Origin: Deltaproteobacteria bacterium RIFCSPLOWO2_12_FULL_60_19
GTDB lineage: Bacteria; Desulfobacterota; Binatia; UBA9968
Length of the DNA: 64,000 nt
Assembly: GCA_001798595.1 (NCBI GenBank)
Contig: MGSS01000037.1
Coordinates: 33,477 to 97,476 of the forward strand
Reading direction: 5' to 3'
A program made the position numbers and the translations under genes. Every line of letters begins with the position of its first letter. The first letter of the stretch is position 1. This document shows positions 50,864 to 60,615 of this stretch, in pieces. The notes beneath the pieces are model-generated. The model was not told the origin of the DNA and searched no databases. It saw only the letters and a program-made list of their open reading frames with translations.

Positions 50864-51710
50864 GGGACTGGGCGCTCTGATCCCCGGCGCGGAGGAGGCG
50901 CGGCAACCCTCCGGCCTCACGGTGGAGTTGCAGCGAATTACGGCCAATCCGCTGCAGCCGCGCCGCGTGTTCGACGAGACGAAGCTTGAGGAGCTGGCAA
51001 CCTCGATCCGCGACCAGGGAGTGATTCAGCCGCTCATCGTGCGCCGCAACGGAGACGGCTACGAACTCATCGCCGGAGAGCGGCGGCTCCGCGCCGCGAT
51101 GAAGGCGGGCTTGAAAGAAGTCCCGGTCGTCGTCAGAGAGGCGAGCGACAACGACTCGCTGCAACTCGCGCTCATCGAAAATCTCCAGCGCGAGGATCTC
51201 AATCCGATCGAAGAGGCGGAGGCCTACCGTCGCCTCCACGAGGAATTTCATCTGACTCAGGAAGAAGTCGCCGGGAAAGTCGGCAAAAGCCGGCCGGCGG
51301 TAGCGAACTCCATGCGCTTGCTGCTCCTCCCAAAAGAGATGCAGCAGGACGTGGCCCAGGGCAGACTCGCCGCGGGCCAGGCCAGGGCGTTGCTCGCCTT
51401 AGGCAATGAAGCGATGATGACCGCCGTGGCGCGCCGGGTGATCGCCAAAGGACTTTCCACGCGCGAGACCGAGCGCCTGGTCGCGCGGCTGAAACTCGGG
51501 AGGCGAGGCCGCAGGCTGGGCGCGGCGCTCGATCCGGACCTGCGCGCCATCGTCGAGAAGTTGCAGCGCGCGCTCGGCAGCAAGGTGCGGTTAGTGCAAG
51601 GCAAGCGCAGCGGTAGAGGGAAGCTGGAAATTGAATACTACTCACTCGATGATTTGGACCGGCTCATAGCCATCTTAAGCCAGTCGCAGGCGGCAAGCCC
51701 CGGCGTGTAG
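50841..51710 (+). CDS. parB: Chromosome partitioning protein ParB/Spo0J
   Basis: KGLGKGLGALI, QPRR, IAGERRLRA, ENLQREDLN, GKSRPAVAN; GTG start with GAGGAG RBS. Confidence 0.96.
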   Translation: MQKKGLGKGLGALIPGAEEARQPSGLTVELQRITANPLQPRRVFDETKLEELATSIRDQGVIQPLIVRRNGDGYELIAGERRLRAAMKAGLKEVPVVVREASDNDSLQLALIENLQREDLNPIEEAEAYRRLHEEFHLTQEEVAGKVGKSRPAVANSMRLLLLPKEMQQDVAQGRLAAGQARALLALGNEAMMTAVARRVIAKGLSTRETERLVARLKLGRRGRRLGAALDPDLRAIVEKLQRALGSKVRLVQGKRSGRGKLEIEYYSLDDLDRLIAILSQSQAASPGV

Positions 51711-51799
51711 CCAATCCACCACCCCACAGGGTATGCCGGGTGCTTGCTCTTCCGCCTGCGCTCCAATATAGGATAGGCCAGTTCTTTCAGGAGGTCGCT

Positions 51800-52852
51800 A
51801 TGCTAAGAAAGAAGCTCCTCACGTCGCTCTTAGGCGCGCTCGCTGGACTTGCCGTGACCGGCTCCGGCTATTCACAAGCGCCTTTCTATCAAGGCAAGAC
51901 CATCACGATTATCCAGGGACGCGAGCCCGGCGGCACTGGAGACATGCGGGCGAGATCGGTGTTTTCTTTTCTTCGGAAATACATTCCGGGGCAGCCGACC
52001 ATTATCACCGAGTTTATGCCGGGCGGCGGCGGGCGAAAGGCGGCCAACCATATCTTCCGGGGGGCCCCGGCTGACGGAACGGTCATCGGCAACGTCGGCG
52101 CCGGCCTCATCGCCAACGCGGTGTTGGGTCAAACGGGGGTTCAATACGACCTGGCAAAATTAGCCTATCTGGGAACGCCGAACAGCGCATCCCACTACGT
52201 TTTCCTGAGCCGGCAGGAAGCCGGCCTCACCAGCCTTGAAAAGCTCAGGGCCGCCACCGGCGTCCGGATCGGCGCGCAGACCGTGGGACACGACATCTAT
52301 ATCAACGGCCGGATGTTCGCCTGGCTGTTGGGCCTCAAAGAGCCGCGGTTCGTTACCGGCTATTCAGGGCCCGAGGTGGACGCGGCGCTTTTGCGGGGAG
52401 AGGTGGATGCGCGGGCGAATATCGCGGACACTATCGCGCACCGAACGCCTGAATGGATAGAAAAGCGGCTGGTGAATTTCCACAGCATCATCGAAATCCC
52501 CAAGGGCGACAAGCACCCGCGCTTCGCCAATCTGCCGGAGGTCGAAACCTTCGCCAAAACCGACCGGGAGCGACAGGTTGTGGCGCTCAATCGGGCTTTC
52601 AGGCTTGGCGGTTCGCCCTTTATCCTTCCTCCGGGAACGCCGAAAGAGGCCACCGAGATCCTGCGCGAAGCGTTTAGAAAAACATTCGGCGATCCCGAGT
52701 TTCGCAAAGAGTTCAAAAAGCTCACGGGAGACGACCCCACGCCCATTATGCCGGAGACGCTGGAAAAATATGTGCGGGATCTGCCGCGCGATCCCGACAC
52801 GATCGCGATCTTCAAGAAGCTTGCCGGCGCCGATCCGCTGCCCGCGCGGTAA
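51800..52852 (+). CDS. Tripartite tricarboxylate transporter substrate-binding protein (TctC/Bug-like) 1
   Basis: Signal peptide, APFYQGKTITII, PGGTGD, MPGGGG, LPPGTP. Confidence 0.85.
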   Translation: MLRKKLLTSLLGALAGLAVTGSGYSQAPFYQGKTITIIQGREPGGTGDMRARSVFSFLRKYIPGQPTIITEFMPGGGGRKAANHIFRGAPADGTVIGNVGAGLIANAVLGQTGVQYDLAKLAYLGTPNSASHYVFLSRQEAGLTSLEKLRAATGVRIGAQTVGHDIYINGRMFAWLLGLKEPRFVTGYSGPEVDAALLRGEVDARANIADTIAHRTPEWIEKRLVNFHSIIEIPKGDKHPRFANLPEVETFAKTDRERQVVALNRAFRLGGSPFILPPGTPKEATEILREAFRKTFGDPEFRKEFKKLTGDDPTPIMPETLEKYVRDLPRDPDTIAIFKKLAGADPLPAR

Positions 52853-52878
52853 GCTCGGTCGACGCAAGGAGGCCTGCC

Positions 52879-53952
52879 ATGAAGCGAAACAAACCCGGCC
52901 ACGCGCTTGCCGCCGGACTCATTCTCAGCGCCGGGCTGGCGCTGGTTTTATCGACCGCCGATTCCGCCCTGTCCCAAGCGCCCTTCTATCAAGGAAAGAC
53001 GATTACGCTCATTCAGGCCACGTCGCCGGGCGGCACCTCGGATATGATGGTCAAGGCCGCCGTCCCGTATCTCAAAAAACATATTCCCGGCGAGCCGACC
53101 CTGGTCTCTGAGTACATGCCGGGCGCCGGCGGCATCAAAGCCGTCAATCACATTTACAAAAACGTTCGGCCCGACGGCCTCACGATCGGCAACGTCGGAG
53201 GCGGTCTGGTGTCCAACGCCGTCTTAGGCGAAGCCGGAGTGCTCTACGACATTAATAAATTGATTTACCTCGGCTCGCCGCACAGCCACTATCACTGGGT
53301 TTTCATGACCAGACGGGAGAGCGGCCTCGTGAACCTCGACGCGCTGCGTTCGGCCTCCGGCGTGCGCATCGGCGCGCAAGCGGTGGGCCACTCCGTCTAC
53401 ATCGTCGGCCGGATCTTCGCCTATCTCATGGGGCTCAAGGAGCCGAAGTTCGTCGTCGGCTACGGCGGGACAGAACTCGATCTGGCCCTGGTTCGAGGAG
53501 AATTGGACGGCCGCATCAACAACGCCGACACTTTGTTAAAACGTAATCCGGAATGGTTGGCCAAGGGAGTTGTTGACGTCCATGCCATTATGGAAGTCCC
53601 GAAAGGCGCCAAACATTCGCATTTTGCAAAGCTGCCGGAGGTGGAGGATTTTGCAAAGTCCGAAAGGGAGCGGAAGCTGTTGACGATGCTCAGAGCTTTT
53701 AGACAGGTCGGGTCGCCGTACATTCTACCGCCGGGCACGCCCAAAGAGCCGGTCAAGATTCTGCAAGAGGCGGTGGCCAAGACGTTTAACGATCCCGGTT
53801 TCCACAGTGAATACAAAAAGCTTACGGGCGACGAAGCGACCCCTCTGATGCCGGACGCGATGGAGAAGGCGATCAAGGAGCTGCCGCGGGATGCGGAGAT
53901 CGTCGGGCTGTTTAAGAAAATCGCCGCCGCGGGCCCCTTGCCGCCGCGCTAA
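52879..53952 (+). CDS. TctC/Bug-like substrate-binding protein 2
   Basis: Paralog of preceding gene, same motifs. Confidence 0.85.
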   Translation: MKRNKPGHALAAGLILSAGLALVLSTADSALSQAPFYQGKTITLIQATSPGGTSDMMVKAAVPYLKKHIPGEPTLVSEYMPGAGGIKAVNHIYKNVRPDGLTIGNVGGGLVSNAVLGEAGVLYDINKLIYLGSPHSHYHWVFMTRRESGLVNLDALRSASGVRIGAQAVGHSVYIVGRIFAYLMGLKEPKFVVGYGGTELDLALVRGELDGRINNADTLLKRNPEWLAKGVVDVHAIMEVPKGAKHSHFAKLPEVEDFAKSERERKLLTMLRAFRQVGSPYILPPGTPKEPVKILQEAVAKTFNDPGFHSEYKKLTGDEATPLMPDAMEKAIKELPRDAEIVGLFKKIAAAGPLPPR

Positions 53953-53986
53953 CCATCCGGGAAGCTGAGTTGCGGAACACGAAAAT

Positions 53987-54050
53987 CGTTCAAACAGTTC
54001 AATTCGTTTAACTCGCGAGAAAACGGTTAACGGCCGCAACGTTCTGAACG
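53987..54050. repeat. Degenerate 9-mer (GTTCAA) inverted repeat array
   Basis: CGTTCAAAC-AGTTCAATT-CGTTTAACT ... AAACGGTTAACG..AACGTTCTGAACG. Confidence 0.45.
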
Positions 54051-54070
54051 TGTACGTAAGGAGGTTGACC

Positions 54071-55135
54071 ATGAGGCGCTTAACCGACGGACTGTTCAAA
54101 GCCTCTTTTTTTCTGGGGGCGCTCTCGACGTTTCTCTTTCCAAACCAGGTCTTTTCCCAGGCGCCGTTCTACCAGGGAAAGACCATCACCATCATTCACG
54201 GCCGGGATCCGGGCGGCACGGGAGATCTCAGGGTGCGAGCGTTGATTCCCCTCCTGCAAAAATATATTCTCGGAAACCCGACGATCGTAAACGAGTACAT
54301 GCCCGGAGGAGGCAGCCGCAAGGCGGCCAATCATATCTTCCGATCGGCCCGTTCCGACGGACTCACTATCGGAAACCTGAGCGCCGGTATGGTTTCCCTT
54401 GCGGTGCTCGGAGAGTCCGGCGTGCTGTACGATCTCGAAAAGTTCTCTTTTCTTGGCTCCCCTTACAGCAGCTACCATTCCGTCTTTGTCACCCGAAAAC
54501 AGGCCGGATTTAGCGGCGTAGAAAAACTGCGCGCGGCGTCCGGAATCCGAATCGGCGCTCAATCCGTCGGTTTCTCGACCTACAACGAGGCGCGCCTGTT
54601 CGCGTTTATTCTAGGCCTTAAAGAGCCTAAGTTCATCGCCGCGTACGCGGGCGCGGAGATCGACCCAGCCTTGATGCGCGGCGAGGTCGACGGCCGGGCG
54701 ACCGGCGCCGACACGATCACCAAGCGAAACCGCGAGTGGCTCGAAAAAGGGCTGGTCGACTTTCATGCGATCGTGGAAACCCCCAAAGGCGACAAGCATC
54801 CGCGATTCGGCCATCTCCCGGAGCTTGAGAGCTTCGCTCAGTCCGATCGAGAGCGCAAACTCATCGGACTGCAGCGCGCGTTCAGGGTCACCGGCGCGCC
54901 GTTTATCCTGCCTCCGGGAGTTCCCAAGGAGCGCGTCGAGATTCTTCAGGACGCGTTTCGCAAAACCTATCGGGATCCGGCCTTCCATGCCGAGTATAAA
55001 AAACTAACCGGCGACGACGCCTCGCCTCTGCTTCCCGAAGCGCATGAAAAGGCGATCCGGGAAATTCCCCGGGACCCTGAAGTCATCGAACTGTTTAAGA
55101 AGCTGGTCGGCGCCGATCCTCTGCCGCCGCGCTGA
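54071..55135 (+). CDS. TctC/Bug-like substrate-binding protein 3
   Basis: Paralog; AAGGAGG RBS. Confidence 0.85.
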   Translation: MRRLTDGLFKASFFLGALSTFLFPNQVFSQAPFYQGKTITIIHGRDPGGTGDLRVRALIPLLQKYILGNPTIVNEYMPGGGSRKAANHIFRSARSDGLTIGNLSAGMVSLAVLGESGVLYDLEKFSFLGSPYSSYHSVFVTRKQAGFSGVEKLRAASGIRIGAQSVGFSTYNEARLFAFILGLKEPKFIAAYAGAEIDPALMRGEVDGRATGADTITKRNREWLEKGLVDFHAIVETPKGDKHPRFGHLPELESFAQSDRERKLIGLQRAFRVTGAPFILPPGVPKERVEILQDAFRKTYRDPAFHAEYKKLTGDDASPLLPEAHEKAIREIPRDPEVIELFKKLVGADPLPPR

Positions 55136-55169
55136 GAAATCGATTAGGTCAGGAGAATAAATCGTAAAT

Positions 55170-56708
55170 ATGGAGACTTCGCTATTCGACGCGGCAGCCC
55201 AGGGTTTGTTGAACCTCATACAGTTGAAGGTTTGGTTTGCGCTGCTAGCCGGCGTCGCCATCGGCACTTTCACCGCGGTTGCGCCTCAGGGAATCGGGAC
55301 GCCTTTGGTCTACGCGATAGCCTTGCCGGTGGTCATCAGGTGGGAACCGCTCACGGGAATCGCCTTGCTCATAGGCGCTAGCTCTGTAAGCGCCATTTGC
55401 GCGGCCTACCTACCGGTCCTTTTTGGGATCCCGGGAGGAGGCGGCTCCCAGGCAACCGTGCTCGACGGCTACCCGATGGGGAAGCGAGGCGAGGCGAGGC
55501 GAGCGCTGGGCGCGTCATTTATGGCCGGGGGGATGGGATGCCTGATCGGCACCCTCACGCTAGTCATTGCGGTGCCTGCGGCGAAGCCCCTGATCTATCT
55601 CATGGGCTCGCCGGAGCTTTTCGTCGTCATGCTTTGGGGCCTGAGCATGGTGGCGGTTCTTGCCGGGCGGCGCCCGATCAAAGGGCTCATCGCCGCCGCC
55701 TTCGGTCTCCTGATCGCGATGATCGGCCAACAGGCACAAAGCGGCGTCATGCGCTTCGTCTTCGATCAGCCTTATCTCCTGGATGGCATTTCCATAAGCA
55801 TTATCGCCTTGGCCATGTTCGGCATCCCGTCCGCGCTCGACCTGGCCCTCACCAAGCTTGGTGTCGAACAGCAGGCGGTGCCGCTCAAGGGAAGCCTTTT
55901 CGACGGGATCCGGGATACCCTGCGCGAGTGGTGGCTGGTGGTGCGGTGCAGTTTCGTGGGGGTCTGGGTGGGGATCGTCCCCGGGCTCGGCTCGCAGGTG
56001 GTGGATTGGCTCGCGTATGGCCACGCGGCTCAGAGTTGCAAGGGCGCAAGAGAGAGCTTCGGTAGGGGCGACGTGCGGGGGGTGATCGCTCCTGAGAGCG
56101 CCAACGACGCCAAGGACGGAGGCGATCTGATCACGACCCTACTGCTGGGATTCCCGCAAGGGGTTGCGACGGCCCTCTTTATCGTCGCTTTGCTTGCCTG
56201 GGGTTTCCTCCCGGGCCCCGAGATGGTGAAGAAGAACCCGGAGTTGATCTACAGCATCATTTGGATTCAGGGGATTGCGGGGATTATCGGAACCCTGGTC
56301 GGCTTTGTCTTATCCGGCCAGCTCGCCAAGCTCGCGGAGCTGCGCTACACGTTCATGGTGTCGATACTTTTCATATTCATTCTGATGGGGGCCTTCAGCG
56401 TCCATCGCGATCCTCTGGATCTTGTGGCAGTGGTCGGCTTCGGGATTCTCGGCTATTTCATGAGGCGTTATGCCTATCCCCGGCCGGCCATGATTCTCGG
56501 CCTTGTCTTGGGAGACCTGATGGAGAAGTACCTCTATAGGTCGATGATGGCTTATGGGTTCAGTTGGCTCGCGCGACCCGCAGTGATCGTCCTGCTCATT
56601 CTGGCTGCCGTCTCTTTTGTCTTCACCCTGCGCGGCAGGCTTAAAAGCAAGTCGGAGTCCCCGGCTTCTCTAGGTGGGGCGATGGGGAGGGCTGAAGATG
56701 AAAGCTAA
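55170..56708 (+). CDS. tctA: Tripartite tricarboxylate transporter large permease TctA
   Basis: ATVLDGYPMGKRGEA, GVIAPESANDA, RPAMILGLVLG; about 12 TM. Confidence 0.9.
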   Translation: METSLFDAAAQGLLNLIQLKVWFALLAGVAIGTFTAVAPQGIGTPLVYAIALPVVIRWEPLTGIALLIGASSVSAICAAYLPVLFGIPGGGGSQATVLDGYPMGKRGEARRALGASFMAGGMGCLIGTLTLVIAVPAAKPLIYLMGSPELFVVMLWGLSMVAVLAGRRPIKGLIAAAFGLLIAMIGQQAQSGVMRFVFDQPYLLDGISISIIALAMFGIPSALDLALTKLGVEQQAVPLKGSLFDGIRDTLREWWLVVRCSFVGVWVGIVPGLGSQVVDWLAYGHAAQSCKGARESFGRGDVRGVIAPESANDAKDGGDLITTLLLGFPQGVATALFIVALLAWGFLPGPEMVKKNPELIYSIIWIQGIAGIIGTLVGFVLSGQLAKLAELRYTFMVSILFIFILMGAFSVHRDPLDLVAVVGFGILGYFMRRYAYPRPAMILGLVLGDLMEKYLYRSMMAYGFSWLARPAVIVLLILAAVSFVFTLRGRLKSKSESPASLGGAMGRAEDES

Positions 56709-57168
56709 TTTTGGTTTGTTTTTTCTGGCTATATTTTTGGTGGCGGTTTGGACCGGTTGGGAGTGGCCTTACATTGCCAAGCTCATGCCGGTCTACATTG
56801 CCGCCATACCGGGCTTTGCCCTGGTCCTGGTCCAACTTTACCGGGATGCCACAGACTGGGAGGGCGGTCGGGGCGGGCAAGGCGGAGGCATCGAGATGGA
56901 TGAGGTCTACGATCTGAAGTTGGAGAAAAAAGTCGAGCTCCGACGCACCGTGGCTTTTTTCGCGTGGTTCGCGGGCGGCGCCTTGGCGATCTGGGTGTTC
57001 GGTATTGTGATCGCCTTGCCCGCTTTGGTGTTTCTGTATGCCCTGGTTGAGGGGAAGGAGCGGTGGATCACCTCGCTTGCCATGAGCGCCTGCACGTTTC
57101 TACTCGTCTGGGGGCTGTTCGAATATATGCTCGAATCAAGGTGGCCGCCGGGAGTTCTTTTCCGCTAG
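56698..57168 (+). CDS. TctB-like small permease
   Basis: Four TM helices, C-terminal LF..L..WPPG; follows tctA. Confidence 0.75.
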   Translation: MKANFGLFFLAIFLVAVWTGWEWPYIAKLMPVYIAAIPGFALVLVQLYRDATDWEGGRGGQGGGIEMDEVYDLKLEKKVELRRTVAFFAWFAGGALAIWVFGIVIALPALVFLYALVEGKERWITSLAMSACTFLLVWGLFEYMLESRWPPGVLFR

Positions 57169-57228
57169 AGTAGCTTCGAGTTCGCGTTTCGAATTGGAGC
57201 CCGAGAGCCGAGACTGACGCTCCTCGGC

Positions 57229-58245
57229 CTACCGCGTCTTAAAAATCTCCTGGAAGAGTTTTACATTGTCGGCGAAGTATTTGTAGTCGTCGGGTCGCTC
57301 AACGATCCGCTGATAACCTCGAAAGAGGCGTGCCGGTTTAGGTTCTACGTCGCTCCGAACTGGAATCCTCTGGAATTCCAATAGCATCGCCTGTCCTTCC
57401 TTGGAGAGCAGATAATCAAGGAAAAGCCTGGCCGCATTGGGGTTCGGCGCTTTGGAGCCTACCATGAGTGGATCGATTTCGACCACAGCGGGCTCGAGCG
57501 CTACCCAGTCCATGGGTCCTCCCTTAAACTTGTCCCTCTCCACAGTGTGGGCATACGCAATGATAAGGGGATACTCTCCGGCAGAAGTCATGGTGACCCT
57601 TTCAGTGTTTCCCCTACTGAGCACTGGATCCTGAGCGGCCAACTTTCTCATGTAGTCCACTGCTTTTTCCCTGCCCCAGGCGGAGGCAAGACCCTGAAGG
57701 AGGAGATACGCTTCGTTATCCATCGAGATCTTTCTCCCCTTCCATTTGGGTTCTAGAAGAGCTTCATAGGTCTTAGGAACCTCGTCTTTCTTTACCAGCT
57801 TCGTGTTGTACCCCAGAGCATTAGGAACGACGTAGTACGTGTACCAGTAACCCTCCTTATCGAAGAGATCCGGATCGATCCTTGCGGTCTCCGGCGACCG
57901 ATAGGCAGCTAAGAGACCTCTCTCCTTGAAGGCCTGAATCATCTCCCCTCTGCCACCCACTACATCAAAGAACGATTTTCCGGCCCGGGACTCGGTTAGC
58001 ACCCGATTCATCAGTGCGCCTCCCCCCAGACGCAGGAAGCTGGTCTTGATAAAAGGGTATCTCTCTTGAAACCGATCTACGACCACCTTGCTTTGATCGA
58101 TGGCCATCGACGTGTACCACATAACGGCGCCTTCTTTTTTCGCGGCCTCGATGATCTTGGGATCGGTGCTCGTTTGAGAGAGAGAAGCGGCGGGTAGAAA
58201 AAAGAAAAGCGCCGCGAACAGTATGGACGTGAATCCAATCTTCAT
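57229..58245 (-). CDS. ABC transporter substrate-binding protein (Fe/thiamine/AfuA-like family)
   Basis: Signal peptide, AAKKEG, YNTKLV, PKWKG, APNPNAARLF; paralog of 45456. Confidence 0.88.
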   Translation of the reverse strand: MKIGFTSILFAALFFFLPAASLSQTSTDPKIIEAAKKEGAVMWYTSMAIDQSKVVVDRFQERYPFIKTSFLRLGGGALMNRVLTESRAGKSFFDVVGGRGEMIQAFKERGLLAAYRSPETARIDPDLFDKEGYWYTYYVVPNALGYNTKLVKKDEVPKTYEALLEPKWKGRKISMDNEAYLLLQGLASAWGREKAVDYMRKLAAQDPVLSRGNTERVTMTSAGEYPLIIAYAHTVERDKFKGGPMDWVALEPAVVEIDPLMVGSKAPNPNAARLFLDYLLSKEGQAMLLEFQRIPVRSDVEPKPARLFRGYQRIVERPDDYKYFADNVKLFQEIFKTR

Positions 58246-58428
58246 TTGAATCCTCCCTTAGGCTTTGATAGCGCCGCCATACAACATATGAAGGCTGAGA
58301 GTCAAGAGAAGTGAGAGTCGCCGGCCTTTCGGTGAATTTCAACAAAGGCAAAAGCGCTGCTAAATTTGCACGGCTATTGACGGAATGATATGTATACCGC
58401 TTGATCTGAAGTTCAACGGAGGTTCGAG

Positions 58429-59559
58429 ATGGATGCCCCTCTTCCCGAGAGTGAATACCGTGAGCGCTATGAGCGGGCGAGCGCCCTCATGGAGCGCGAC
58501 GGGCTTGACGCCCTGGTGGTCTCTGGACGCGATAACTATTGGTACTTCACCGGCCTGATCAGCTATCAGTTCGATCACCTCATGCGTCCGCAAATCTGTT
58601 TTCTTCCCAAGGGAGGGAAACCTCTTGTCCTGGTTTACGGGAACGAGCGCGCAAAGGCTAAGACTCTACCGTGGATCGGCGAGGTAAGGAGCTATGTGGA
58701 CGTCCCCTTTCCCCAGGAGATGATCAGCAACTCCCTGAAAGAGATGGGCTTGGGCGCGGGCAAATTGGGTTTTGAGCTCGGGGAGGATCAACGGCTGGGT
58801 TTTCCCGCGAACTATCTCTCGGGACTCCGCGAGGCCTTACCCAAGGCGGAAGTTATGGACGCCTCTCCCGCCCTCTGTGACCTTAGGATCATCAAAAGCG
58901 CGCTTGAGATCTCTGCGATGCGAAAAGCCTGTGACATCTCGATGAAGGCCTACGATCGCTGCCTCCCGCAACTCCAGCCGGGCATGACTCGGCGTGAGGT
59001 TGCAGAGCGTCTGTTCATAGCGATGATTGAAGAGGGCGCTAACCCCCGCACACCGGGCTTTCTTATGTTGAACGCCTCTACGGCTTACGACGATCGCCGC
59101 TACGAACGCGGCGACCGAATGATAGCGGACTTTGGCGCATGCTTCGAGGGCTACTTTGGCGACATTACAAGGATGGCTATTTTTGGACCACCTAGCGCCG
59201 AGCAGAGGACAGAACATCAGGTCGCCTGGGACCTAATCAGACGCTGCGGCGAGGCGATGAAACCAGGCACTCCCATCGCCGAGTTATCCCGCATCGCAAA
59301 CCGTGAACTGGAAAAGAGAGGTTACGCTAAAGTTGAAAGCCCCAAACGGATCGGCCATGGCATCGGCCTGGCCCGGGCCGAACCTCCCTCCCTCAACGAA
59401 GTGGAAAAAGCCGTTCATAAACCTGGGATGATTCTGGCGCTTGAGCCCAAAGTTCGCACTGAAAAGGGATCTGTCCACCTCGAAGAGGATGTTCTCATCA
59501 CCGAAGCCGGCGCGGAGTTTTTGACCTCCGGAGCCGGGGAATTGCGAGTTGTAGAGTGA
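58429..59559 (+). CDS. M24 family (Xaa-Pro peptidase/creatinase-like) hydrolase
   Basis: Creatinase N domain, IKSALEI, DFG..GYFGDITR, GHGIGL, LEP, EEDV. Confidence 0.88.
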   Translation: MDAPLPESEYRERYERASALMERDGLDALVVSGRDNYWYFTGLISYQFDHLMRPQICFLPKGGKPLVLVYGNERAKAKTLPWIGEVRSYVDVPFPQEMISNSLKEMGLGAGKLGFELGEDQRLGFPANYLSGLREALPKAEVMDASPALCDLRIIKSALEISAMRKACDISMKAYDRCLPQLQPGMTRREVAERLFIAMIEEGANPRTPGFLMLNASTAYDDRRYERGDRMIADFGACFEGYFGDITRMAIFGPPSAEQRTEHQVAWDLIRRCGEAMKPGTPIAELSRIANRELEKRGYAKVESPKRIGHGIGLARAEPPSLNEVEKAVHKPGMILALEPKVRTEKGSVHLEEDVLITEAGAEFLTSGAGELRVVE

Positions 59560-59578
59560 GACAGTGAGGCAGTGAACA

Positions 59579-60574
59579 GTGAGACAAACGGGCATCCTTT
59601 ATCTCTCCAATGATGAAGTCAAAGGTCTCCTCGACCTGGGTCAAGCCATTGAAATAACCGAGCAGGCTTTGCGCGACCATGGCGAAAGTCGCGTCATCTG
59701 GTCAAAGCCCGAGGATCTTGCGATTAAACCGGATCACGGCTGGCAATCGTGGGTGACGGGCTGTGCGCTAGTTTCCCGTTCAATCGCAGGGTTTCGTTTC
59801 CGATCGATCAAGGCCGAGGGCGGGAGCCGTGATCCATCGCGTGCCGCGCAGGGACCGCGGCGGATTCTTATCCTGACTGACCGCGAAGGGGGTGAGGTCC
59901 TTGCCATCATGGACGAAGACTGGTGTCACGCGGTACGCACCGGGGCCGCCGCAACAGTCGCCTGCCGCACCCTGGCCCGCAAGGATTCTTCCACTCTAGC
60001 CATGTTAGGCGCTGGGGACACAGCCCGCGCCACCCTTCCGGTGATGGCGAGAGCCTTCCACCTAAAAGAGGTTCGCGTTACCTCCCGCACCCCGCAGTCG
60101 CGCGAATCCTACGCCAAGGAACTCGGAGAACAACTTGCCGTCGCCATCCGGCCTGTGGATACGGCTGAAGCGGCGCTGCAAGGCGCAGATATGGTCATCT
60201 CCGCCACCACTACCTCACGGCCCTTTGTTCGCGAAGAGTGGCTTGAAGAGGGTGTCTTCGTCTACTCTATCGGCAAGCACCAGGAGATGGAAAACGCGGT
60301 TTACAAAAAAGTGGACAAGTTTGTCGTCGATAGCTGGGAGCACTGCAAAAAGAAGTCCGACCTGGATCGGATGCTCAAAGAAAAATTCCTGACTAAGGAT
60401 GATCTTTACGCCGAGCTCCCTGGTCTGATTGCCGGCCGTAAAGCGGGGCGGGAGTCGGATCGAGAACGCATTTTCATGCGCGCTATCGGCCTCGTCAATC
60501 AGGATATCGCCATTGCCGACTGGGTTTATCGGCGCGCCCTGGAGGCGGGGGTGGGCACACGCCTGCCGTTTTGA
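59579..60574 (+). CDS. Ornithine cyclodeaminase/mu-crystallin family protein
   Basis: RTGAA, LGAGDTA, ADMVISATT, GLVNQDIA. Confidence 0.85.
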   Translation: MRQTGILYLSNDEVKGLLDLGQAIEITEQALRDHGESRVIWSKPEDLAIKPDHGWQSWVTGCALVSRSIAGFRFRSIKAEGGSRDPSRAAQGPRRILILTDREGGEVLAIMDEDWCHAVRTGAAATVACRTLARKDSSTLAMLGAGDTARATLPVMARAFHLKEVRVTSRTPQSRESYAKELGEQLAVAIRPVDTAEAALQGADMVISATTTSRPFVREEWLEEGVFVYSIGKHQEMENAVYKKVDKFVVDSWEHCKKKSDLDRMLKEKFLTKDDLYAELPGLIAGRKAGRESDRERIFMRAIGLVNQDIAIADWVYRRALEAGVGTRLPF

Positions 60575-60615
60575 GGATAGAGGATCGATCTTCTGTCGCC
60601 TATCCTCGATCCTCA
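60572..60615. terminator. Heptamer-based hairpin between convergent genes (possible bidirectional terminator)
   Basis: TGAGGATAGAGGAT ... ATCCTCGATCCTCA. Confidence 0.5.
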
